A DNA stretch of 64,000 nucleotides. Source: Eledone cirrhosa (Eukaryota). The translations under genes and the position numbers were made by a program. The DNA lies in NCBI GenBank assembly GCA_964016885.1, contig OZ024741.1:150660001-150724000 (forward strand), written 5' to 3'. Under the pieces are notes generated by a model. The model worked only from the letters and a program-made list of their open reading frames with translations. It was not told where the DNA came from and did not search any database. This document shows positions 51,701 through 64,000 of the stretch, in pieces; within the stretch, counting starts at the first letter, position 1; the number at the start of each line of letters is the position of its first letter.

Positions 51701-54700
51701 CCCTCTATACCACTCTCTATACCTCCCTCTACACCACTCTCTCTATACCTCCCTTAAACCACTCCCTATACCTCCTTCTACACCACTCTTTATACCTCCC
51801 TCTACACCACTTTCTCTATACCTCCCTCTACACCACTCTCTATACCTCCCTCTATACCACTCTCTATACCTCCCTCTACACGACTCTCTCTATACCTCCC
51901 TCTACACCACTCTCTCTATACCTCCCTCTACACCACACTCTCTATACTTCCCTCAATACCATTCTCTATACCTCCCTATACACCACTCTCTCTATACCAA
52001 CCTCTACACTACTCTCTATACCTCCCTCTATACCACTCTCTATACCACCCCCTATACCACTCTCTATACCTCCCTCTACACCACTCTCTATACCTCCCTC
52101 TATACCACTCTCTATACCTCCCTCTACACCACTCTCTCTATACCTCCCTCTGCACCACTCTCTCTATACCTCTCTCTACACCACTCTCTCTATACCTCCC
52201 TCTACATCACTCTCTCTATACCTCCCTCTACACCACTCTCTCTATACCACCCTCTATACCACACTCTATACCTCCTTCTACACCACTCTCTACACCTCCC
52301 TCTACACCACACTATACCTCCCTCTACACCACTCTCTCTATACCTCCCTCTACACAACTCTCTCTATACCACCCTCTATACCACTCTCCATACCTCCCTC
52401 TATACCACTCGCTATACCTCCCTTTACACCACACTCTATACCACCCTCTCCACCACTCTCTCTATACCTCCCTGTACACCTCTCTCTCTATACCTCCCTC
52501 TACACCACTCTCTCTATACCCCCCTCTACACCACACTCTCTATACGTCCCTATACACCACTCTCTATACCCCCCTCTACACCACTCTCTCTATACCTCCC
52601 TCTACACGACTCTCTATACCTCCCTCTACACCACTCTCTCTATACCTCCCTCTACACCACTCTCTATACCTCCCTCTATACCACTCTCTCTATACCTCCC
52701 TCTATACCACTCTCTATACCTCCCTCTACACCACTCTCTCTATACCTCCCTCTACACCACTCTCTCTATACCTCCCTCTACACCACTCTCTATATCTCAC
52801 TCTAAACCACTCTCTCTATACCACACTCTACACCACTCTCTATACCTCCGTCTACACCACTCTATACCTCCCTTCACGCCACTCTCTCTATACCACCCTC
52901 TATACACCTCTCTCTATACCTCCCTCTATACCACTCTCTATACCTCCCTCTATACCACTCTATATACCTCCCTCTACACCACTCTCTATATACCTCCCTT
53001 AAACCACTCTCTATACCTCCTTCTACACCACTCTTTATACCTTCCTGTACACCACTCTCTGTATACCTCCCTCTATACCACTCTCTATACCTCCCTCTAC
53101 ACCACTCTCTCTATACCTCCCTCTACGCCACGCTCTCTATACCTCCCTCTACATCACACTCTCTATACGTCCCTATACACCACTCTCTATACCCCCTCTA
53201 CACCACTCTCTCTATACCTCCCTCTACACGACTCTCTATACCTCCCTCTACACCACTCTCTCTATACCTCCCTCTACACCACTCTCTCTATACCTCCCTC
53301 TACACCACTCTCTATACCTCACTCTACACCACTCTCTCTATACCACACTCTACACCACTCTCTATACCGCCCTCTACACCACTCTATACCTCCCTCCACG
53401 CCACTCTCTCAATACCACCCTCTATACACCTCTCTCTATACCTCCCTCTATACCACTTTCTCTATACCTCCCTCTACACCACTCTCTATACCTCCCTCTA
53501 TACATCTCTATACCTCCCTCTACACCACTTTCTCTATACCTCCCTCTACACCACTCTCTATACCTCCCTCTATACCACTCTCTATACCTCCCTCTACACC
53601 ACTCTCTCTATACCTCCCTCTACACCACACTCTCTATACCTCCCTCTACACCACTCTCTCTATACCTCCCTCTACACCACACTCTCTATACTTCCCTCTA
53701 TACCACCCTCTATACCTCCCTCTACACCACTCTCTCTATACCTCCCTCTACACGACTCTCTATACCTCCCTCTATACCACTCTCTATATCAGCCTCTATA
53801 CCACTCTCTATACCTCCCTCTATACCACTCTCTATACCTCCCTCTACACCACTCTCTCTATACCACCCTCTATACCACTCTCTATACCTCCCTCTATACC
53901 ACTCTCTTTATACCTCCCTCTATACCACTCTCTATACCTCCCTCTACACCACTCTCTCTATACCTCCCTCTACACCACGCTCTCTATACCTCCCTATACA
54001 CCACTCTCTCTATACCACCCTCCATACCACTCTCTATACATCCCTCCACACCACTCTCTATACCACCCTCTATACCACTTTCTATACCTCCCTCTATACC
54101 ACTCTCTATACCTCACTCTACACCCCTCTCTCTATACCTCCCTCTGCACCACTCTCTCTATACCTCCCTCTACACCACTCTCTTTATACCTCCCTCTACA
54201 CCACTCTCTATACCACCCTCTACCCCAGTCTCTCTATACCTCCCTCTACACCACTCTCTCTATACCTCCCTCTACACCACTCTCTCTATACCTCCCTCTA
54301 CACCACTCTCTATACCTCCCTCTACACCACTCTCTCTATACCTCCCTCTACACCACTCTCTATACCTCCCTCTACACCACTCTATACCTCCCTCCACGCC
54401 ACTCTCTCTATACCACCCTCTATACACCTCTCCCTATACCTCCCTCTATACCACTCTCTATACCTCCCTCTATACCACTCTCTATACCTCCCTCTACACC
54501 ACTCTCTCTATACCTCCCTTAAACCACTCCCTATACCTCCTTCTACACCACTCTTTATACCTCCCTCTACACCACTTTCTCTATACCTCCCTCTACACCA
54601 CTCTCTATACCTCCCTCTATACCACTCTCTATACCTCCCTCTACACGACTCTCTCTATACCTCCCTCTACACCACACTCTCTATACCTCCCTCTACAACA

Positions 54701-57700
54701 CTCTCTCTATACCTCCCTCTACACCACTCTCTATACCTCCCTCTACACCACTCTCTCTATACCTCCCTCTACACCACACTCTCTATACTTCCCTCTATAC
54801 CATTCTCTATACCTCCCTATACACCACTCTCTCTATACCAACCTCTACACTACTCTCTATACCTCCCTCTATACCACTCTCTATACCACCCCCTATACCA
54901 CTCTCTATACCTCCCTCTACACCACTCTCTATACCTCCCTCTATACCACTCTCTATACCTCCCTCTACACCACTCTCTCTATACCTCCCTCTGCACCACT
55001 CTCTCTATACCTCTCTCTACACCACTCTCTCTATACCTCCCTCTACATCACTCTCTCTATACCTCCCTCTACACCACTCTCTCTATACCACCCTCTATAC
55101 CACACTCTATACCTCCTTCTACACCACTCTCTACACCTCCCTCTACACCACACTATACCTCCCTCTACACCACTCTCTCTATACCTCCCTCTACACAACT
55201 CTCTCTATACCACCCTCTATACCACTCTCCATACCTCCCTCTATACCACTCGCTATACCTCCCTTTACACCACACTCTATACCACCCTCTCCACCACTCT
55301 CTCTATACCTCCCTGTACACCTCTCTCTCTATACCTCCCTCTACACCACTCTCTCTATACCCCCCTCTACACCACACTCTCTATACGTCCCTATACACCA
55401 CTCTCTATACCCCCCTCTACACCACTCTCTCTATACCTCCCTCTACACGACTCTCTATACCTCCCTCTACACCACTCTCTCTATACCTCCCTCTACACCA
55501 CTCTCTATACCTCCCTCTATACCACTCTCTCTATACCTCCCTCTATACCACTCTCTATACCTCCCTCTACACCACTCTCTCTATACCTCCCTCTACACCA
55601 CTCTCTCTATACCTCCCTCTACACCACTCTCTATATCTCACTCTAAACCACTCTCTCTATACCACACTCTACACCACTCTCTATACCCCCGTCTACACCA
55701 CTCTATACCTCCCTTCACGCCACTCTCTCTATACCACCCTCTATACACCTCTCTCTATACCTCCCTCTATACCACTCTCTATACCTCCCTCTATACCACT
55801 CTATATACCTCCCTCTACACCACTCTCTATATACCTCCCTTAAACCACTCTCTATACCTCCTTCTACACCACTCTTTATACCTTCCTGTACACCACTCTC
55901 TGTATACCTCCCTCTATACCACTCTCTATACCTCCCTCTACACCACTCTCTCTATACCTCCCTCTACGCCACGCTCTCTATACCTCCCTCTACATCACAC
56001 TCTCTATACGTCCCTATACACCACTCTCTATACCCCCTCTACACCACTCTCTCTATACCTCCCTCTACACGACTCTCTATACCTCCCTCTACACCACTCT
56101 CTCTATACCTCCCTCTACACCACTCTCTCTATACCTCCCTCTACACCACTCTCTATACCTCACTCTACACCACTCTCTCTATACCACACTCTACACCACT
56201 CTCTATACCGCCCTCTACACCACTCTATACCTCCCTCCACGCCACTCTCTCAATACCACCCTCTATACACCTCTCTCTATACCTCCCTCTATACCACTTT
56301 CTCTATACCTCCCTCTACACCACTCTCTATACCTCCCTCTATACATCTCTATACCTCCCTCTACACCACTTTCTCTATACCTCCCTCTACACCACTCTCT
56401 ATACCTCCCTCTATACCACTCTCTATACCTCCCTCTACACCACTCTCTCTATACCTCCCTCTACACCACACTCTCTATACCTCCCTCTACACCACTCTCT
56501 CTATACCTCCCTCTACACCACACTCTCTATACTTCCCTCTATACCACCCTCTATACCTCCCTCTACACCACTCTCTCTATACCTCCCTCTACACGACTCT
56601 CTATACCTCCCTCTATACCACTCTCTATATCAGCCTCTATACCACTCTCTATACCTCCCTCTATACCACTCTCTATACCTCCCTCTACACCACTCTCTCT
56701 ATACCACCCTCTATACCACTCTCTATACCTCCCTCTATACCACTCTCTTTATACCTCCCTCTATACCACTCTCTATACCTCCCTCTACACCACTCTCTCT
56801 ATACCTCCCTCTACACCACGCTCTCTATACCTCCCTATACACCACTCTCTCTATACCACCCTCCATACCACTCTCTATACATCCCTCCACACCACTCTCT
56901 ATACCACCCTCTATACCACTTTCTATACCTCCCTCTACACCACTCTCTATACCTCCCTCTATACCACTCTCTATACCTCCCTCTACACCCCTCTCTCTAT
57001 ACCTCCCTCTGCACCACTCTCTCTATACCTCCCTCTACACCACTCTCTTTATACCTCCCTCTACACCACTCTCTATACCACCCTCTACCCCACTCTCTCT
57101 ATACCTCCCTCTACACCACTCTCTCTATACCACCCTCTATACAACACTCTATACCTCCTTCTACACCACTCTCTACACCTCCCTCTACACCACACTATAC
57201 CTCCCTCTACACCACTCTCTCTATACCTCCCTCTACACAACTCTCTCTATACCACCCTCTATACAACTCTCCATACCTCCCTCTATACCACTCGCCGTAC
57301 CTCCCTTTACACCACACTCTATACCACCCTCTCCACCACTCTCTCTATACCTCCCTGTACACCTCTCTCTCTATACCTCCCTCTACACCACTCTCTATAC
57401 CTCCCTCTATACATCTCTATACCTCCCTCTACACCACTTTCTCTATACCTCCCTCTACACCACTCTCTATACCTCCCTCTATACCACTCTCTATACCTCC
57501 CTCTACACCACTCTCTCTATACCTCCCTCTACACCACACTCTCTATACCTCCCTCTACACCACTCTCTCTATACCTCCCTCTACACCACACTCTCTATAC
57601 TTCCCTCTATACCACTCTCTATACCTCCCTCTACACCACTCTCTCTATACCTCCCTCTACACGACTCTCTATACCTCCCTCTATACCACTCTCTATATCA

Positions 57701-60700
57701 GCCTCTATACCACTCTCTATACCTCCCTCTATACCACTCTCTATACCTCCCTCTATACCACTCTCTATACCTCCCTCTACACCACTCTCTCTATACCTCC
57801 CTCTACACCACGCTCTCTATACCTCTCTATACACCACTCTCTCTATACCACCCTCCATACCACTCTCTATACATCCCTCCACACCACTCTCTATACCACC
57901 CTCTATACCACTTTCTATACCTCCCTCTACACCACTCTCTATACCTCCCTCTATACCACTCTCTATACCTCCCTCTACACCCCTCTCTCTATACCTCCCT
58001 CTGCACCACTCTCTCTATACCTCCCTCTACACCACTCTCTTTATACCTCCCTCTACACGACTCTCTATACCACCCTCTACCCCACTCTCTCTATACCTCC
58101 CTCTACACCACTCTCTCTATACCTCCCTCTACACCACTCTCTCTATACCTCCCTCTACACCACTCTCTATACCTCCCTCTACACCACTCTCTATACCTCC
58201 CTCTACACCACTCTATACCTCCCTCCACGCCACTCTCTCTATACCACCCTCTATACACCTCTCCCTATACCTCCCTCTATACCACTCTCTATACCTCCCT
58301 CTATACCACTCTCTATACCTCCCTCTACACCACTCTCTCTATACCTCCCTTAAACCACTCCCTATACCTCCTTCTACACCACTCTTTATACCTACCTCTA
58401 CACCACTTTCTCTATACCTCCCTCTACACCACTCTCTATACCTCCCTCTATACCACTCTCTATACCTCCCTCTACACCACTCTCTCTATACCTCCCTCTA
58501 CACCACACTCTCTATACCTCCCTCTACAACACTCTCTCTATACCTCCCTCTACACCACTCTCTATACCTCCCTCTACACCACTCTCTCTATACCTCCCTC
58601 TACACCACACTCTCTATACTTCCCTCTATACCATTCTCTATACCTCCCTATACACCACTCTCTCTATACCAACCTCTACACTACTCTCTATACCTCCCTC
58701 TATACCACTCTCTATACCACCCCCTATACCACTCTCTATATCTCCCTCTACACCACTCTCTATACCTCCCTCTATACCACTCTCTATACCTCCCTCTACA
58801 CCACTCTCTCTATACTTCCCTCTGCACCACTCTCTCTATACCTCTCTCTACACCACTCTCTCTATACCTCCCTCTACATCACTCTCTCTATACCTCCCTC
58901 TACACCACTCTCTCTATACCACCCTCTATACCACACTCTATACCTCCCTCTACACCACTCTCTACACCTCCCTCTACACCACACTATACCTCCCTCTACA
59001 CAACTCTCTCTATACCACCCTCTATACCACTCTCCATACCTCCCTCTATACCACTCGCTATACCTCCCTTTACACCACACTCTATACCACCCTCTCCACC
59101 ACTCTCTCTATACCTCCCTGTACACCTCTCTCTCTATACCTCCCTCTACACCACTCTCTCTATACCCCCCTCTACACCACACTCTCTATACGTCCCTATA
59201 CACCACTCTCTATACCCCCCTCTACACCACTCTCTCTATACCTCCCTCTACACGACTCTCTATACCTCCCTCTACACCACTCTCTCTATACCTCCCTCTA
59301 CACCACTCTCTATACCCCCTCTATACCACTCTCTCTATACCTCCCTCTATACCACTCTCTATACCTCCCTTTACACCACTCTCTCTATACCTCCCTCTAC
59401 ACCACTCTCTCTATACCTCCCTCTACACCACTCTCTATACCTCACTCTAAACCACTCTCTCTATACCACACTCTACACCACTCTCTATACCTCCGTCTAC
59501 ACCACTCTATACCTCCCTTCACGCCACTCTCTCTATACCACCCTCTATACACCTCTCTCTATACCTCCCTCTATACCACTCTCTATACCTCCCTCTATAC
59601 CACTCTATATACCTCCCTCTACACCACTCTCTATATACCTCCCTTAAACCACTCTCTATACCTCCTTCTACACCACTCTTTATACCTTCCTGAACACCAC
59701 TTTCTCTATACCTCCCTTTACACCACTCTCTATACCTCCCTCTATACCACTCTCTATACCTCCCTCTACACCACTCTCTCTATACCTCCCTCTACACCAC
59801 ACTCTCTATACCTCCCTCTACAACACTCTCTCTATACCTCCCTCTACACCACTCTCTATACCTCCCTCTACACCACTCTCTCTATACCTCCCTCTACACC
59901 ACACTCTCTATACTTCCCTCTATACCACTCTCTATACCTCCCTCTAAACCACTCTCTCTATACCACCCTCTACACTACTCTCTATACCTCCCTCTATACC
60001 ACTCTCTATATCGGCCTCTATACCACTCTCTATAACTCCCTCTATAGCACTCTCTATACCTCCCTCTACACCACTCTCTCTATACCACCCTCTATACCAC
60101 TCTCTATACCTCCCTCTATACCACTCTCTCTATACCTCCCTCTATACCACTCTCTATACCTCCCTCTACACCACTCTCTCTATACCTCCCTCTACACCAC
60201 GCTCTCTATACCTCCCTCTACACCACTCTCTCTATACCACCCTCCATACCACTCTCTATACATCTCTCTACACCACTCTCTATACCACCCTCTATACCAC
60301 TCTCTATACCTCCCTCTACACCACTCTCTATACCTCCCTCTATACCACTCTCTATACCTCTCTCTACACCACTCTCTCTATACCTCCCTCTGCACCACTC
60401 TCTCTATACCTCTCTCTACACCACTCTCTCTATACCTCCATCTACACCACTCTCTATACCACCCTCTACCCCACTCTCTCTATACCTCCCTCTACACCAC
60501 TCTCTCTATACCTCCCTCTACACCACTCTCTCTATACCTCCCTCTACACCACTCTCTATACCTCCCTCTACACCACTCTCTCTATACCTCCCTCTACACC
60601 ACTCTCTATACCTCACTCTACACCACTCTCTCTATACCACACTCTACACCACTCTCTATACCCCCCTCTACACCACTCTATACCTCCCTCCACGCCACTC

Positions 60701-63700
60701 TCTCTATACCACCCTCTATACCACTCTCTATACCTCCCTCTATACCACTCTCTATACCTCCCTCTACACCACTCTCTCTATACCTCCCTTAAACCACTCC
60801 CTATGCCTCCTTCTACACCACTCTTTATACCTCCCTCTACACCACTTTCTCTATACCTCCCTCTACACCACTCTCTGTACCTCCCTCTATACCACTCTCT
60901 ATACCTCCCTCTACACCACTCTCTCTATAACTCCCTCTACACCACACTCTCTATACCTCCCTCTACAACACTCTCTCTATACCTCCCTCTACACCACTCT
61001 CTATACCTACCTCTACACCACTCTCTCTATACCTCCCTCTACACAACACTCTCTATACTTCCCTCTATACCACTCTCTATACCTCCCTATACACCACTCT
61101 CTCTATACCAACCTCTTCACTACTCTCTATACCTCCCTCTATCCCACTCTCTATATCAGCCTCTATACCACTCTCTATACCTCCCTCTATACCACTCTCT
61201 ATACCTCCCTCTACACCACTATCTCTATAGCACCCTCTATACCACACTCTATACCTCCCTCTACACCACTCTCTCTATACCTCCCTCTACACCACTCTCT
61301 ATACCTCATTCTACACCACTCTCTCTATACCACACTCTACACCACTCTCTATACCTCCCTCTACACCACTCTCTATACCTCCCTCCACGCCACTCTCTCT
61401 ATACCACCCACTATACCACTCTCTATACCTCCCTCTATACCACTCTCTATAGCTCCCTCTATACCACTCTCTATACCTCCCTCTACACCACTCTCTCTAT
61501 ACCTCCCTTAAACCACTCTCTCTATACCTCCCTCTACACCACTCTCTATACCACGCTCTACCCCACTTCTCTATACCTCCCTCTACACCACTCTCTCAAT
61601 ACTTCCCTCTACACCAATCTCTCTATACCTCCCTCTACACCACTCTCTATACCACCGTCTATACCACTCTCTATACCTCCCTCTACACCACTCTCTATAC
61701 CACCCTCTATACCACTCTCTACACCTCCCTCTACATAACTCTCTCTATACCACCCTCTATACCACTCTCTATACCTCCCTCTACACTACACTCTATACCT
61801 CCCTCTACACTACTCTCTATACCTCCCTCTACACCACTCTCTCTATACCACCCTCTATAACCTTCTCTATACCTCCCTCTACACCACTCTCTCTATACCA
61901 CCCTCTATACCACTCTCTATACATCCTTCTACACCACTCTCTATACCACCCTCTATACCACTCTCTATACCTCCCTCTACACCACTCTCTATACCTCCCT
62001 CTATACCACTCCTTATATCTCCCTCTACACCACTCTCTCTATACCTCCCTCTACAACACTCTCTCCATACCTCCCTCTACACCACTCTCTCTATACCTCC
62101 CTCTACACCACGCTCTATACCACCCTCTACCCCACTCTCTCTATACATCCCTCTACACCACTCTCTCTATACCTCCTTCTACACCACTGTCTCTATAACT
62201 CCCTCTACACCACTCTCTATACCACCCTCTATACCACTCTCTATACCTCCCTCTACACCACTCTCTATACCACCCTCTATACCACTCCCTATACCTCCCT
62301 CTATACCACTCTCTCTATACCCCCCTCTGTACCACTCTGTATACCTCCCTCTACATTACACTCTATACCTCCATCTATACCACTCTTTATACTTCCCTTT
62401 CCACCACTCTCTCTATAGCCCCCTCTATACCACTCTTTATACCTCCCTCTACACCACTCTCTATACCTCCCTCTACACTACTCTCTCTATACCTCCATCT
62501 ACACCACTCTCTATACCTCCCTCTATTCCACTCTCTCTATACCACCCTCTATACCACTCTCTGTACCTCCCTCTATACCACTATCTATACCTCGCTCTAC
62601 ACCACTCTCTCTATACCTCCCTCTACACCATTCGCTATACCTACCCCTACACCACTCTCTCTATACCTCCCTCTACACCACTCTCTATACCTGTCTCTAC
62701 ACCACTCTCTCTATACCTCCCTCAACACCACTCTCTATACCTCCCTCTATACCCCTCTCTCTATACCTCCCTTTATACCACTCTCTATACCTCCCTCTAC
62801 ACCATTCTCTATATCAGCCTCTATACAACTCTCTATACCACCCTCTACACCACTCTCTATACCTCCCTCTACACCACTCTCTATACCTCCCTCTACACCA
62901 CTCTCTCTATACCTCCCTCTACACAACACCCTCTATATTTCCCTCTATACCACTCTCTATACCTCCCTATACACCACTCTCTCTATACCAACCTCTACTC
63001 TACTCTCTATACCTCCCTCTATCCCACTCTCTATATCAGCCTCTATACCACTCTCTATACCTCCCTCTATACCACTCTCTATACCTCCCTCTACACCACT
63101 ATCTCTATAGCACCCTCTATACCACACTCTATACCTCCCTCTACACTACTCTCTCTATACCACCCTCTATACAACTCTCTATACCTCCCTCTATACCACT
63201 CATTCTATACCTCCCTCTATACCACTCTCTATACCTCCCTCTACACCACTCTCTCTATACCTCCCTCTACACCACGCTCTATACCACCCTCTACCCCACT
63301 CTCTCTATACATCCCTCTACACCACTCTCTCTATACCTCCTTCTACACCACTGTCATTATAACTCCCTCTACACCACTCTCTATACCACCCTCTATACCA
63401 CTCTCTATACCTCCCTCTACACCACTCTCTATACCACCCTCTATACCACTCCCTATACCTCCCTCTATACCACTCTCTCTATACCCCCCTCTGTACCACT
63501 CTGTATACCTCCCTCTACATTACACTCTATACCTCCATCTATACCACTCTTTATACTTCCCTTTCCACCACTCTCTCTATAGCCCCCTCTATACCACTCT
63601 TTATACCTCCCTCTACACCACTCTCTATACCTCCCTCTACACTACTCTCTCTATACCTCCATCTACACCACTCTCTATACCTCCCTCTATTCCACTCTCT

Positions 63701-64000
63701 CTATACCACCCTCTATACCACTCTCTGTACCTCCCTCTATACCACTATCTATACCTCGCTCTACACCACTCTCTCTATACCTCCCTCTACACCATTCGCT
63801 ATACCTACCCCTACACCACTCTCTCTATACCTCCCTCTACACCACTCTCTATACCTGTCTCTACACCACTCTCTCTATACCTCCCTCAACACCACTCTCT
63901 ATACCTCCCTCTATACCCCTCTCTCTATACCTCCCTTTATACCACTCTCTATACCTCCCTCTACACCATTCTCTATATCAGCCTCTATACAACTCTCTAT
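15763..64000. repeat. Satellite array, monomer CTCTCTATACCTCCCTCTACACCA (24 bp; 22/26/28-bp variants by CT number), running off the window end
   Basis: Continuous head-to-tail repeats in one orientation for about 48 kb with no interrupting element seen. Recurring diagnostic variants such as ccttaaacca, tatcagcc, tacgtccc and ccacgcca define higher-order structure. Confidence 0.98.

Noticed and set aside
15720-62929. Long ORFs in the satellite (up to 701 aa; PPSTPLSI / YTSLYTTL / LYLPLHHS repeats)
   Set aside because: The plus-strand monomer contains no stop triplet in any frame, and 2-bp length variants shuffle frames freely, so these ORFs are compositional artefacts.
15763-64000. Satellite as a CRISPR array or telomeric repeat
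   Set aside because: No unique spacers and no cas genes in a eukaryotic context. No TTAGGG arrays; TAGAGGG and occasional cccttaa are only superficially similar.

Overview
AT-rich, repeat-dense eukaryotic DNA. The SINE families and microsatellite load suggest a coleoid cephalopod (Octopus-like); this is inference. Bases 1-6.8 kb are a patchwork of decayed retroelements: Penelope-like remnants with minimal hammerhead-ribozyme motifs and a near-identical inverted repeat, tRNA-type SINEs, and a 5'-truncated RTE-type LINE. At 6812-12608 there is a full-length, apparently intact two-ORF L1/Tx1-type non-LTR retrotransposon. It sits in a (TCTA)n/(TC)n microsatellite junction with a perfect 22-bp target-site duplication, and its ORF1 and ORF2 are in one frame separated by a single TAG. 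Bases 12.6-15.7 kb hold microsatellites and small unique islands. From about 15.76 kb to the window end is a ~48-kb satellite of a 24-bp (22/26/28 variants) monomer built from two 12-bp halves, with nested higher-order duplications from 0.5 kb to about 19 kb. No host gene is confidently identified.
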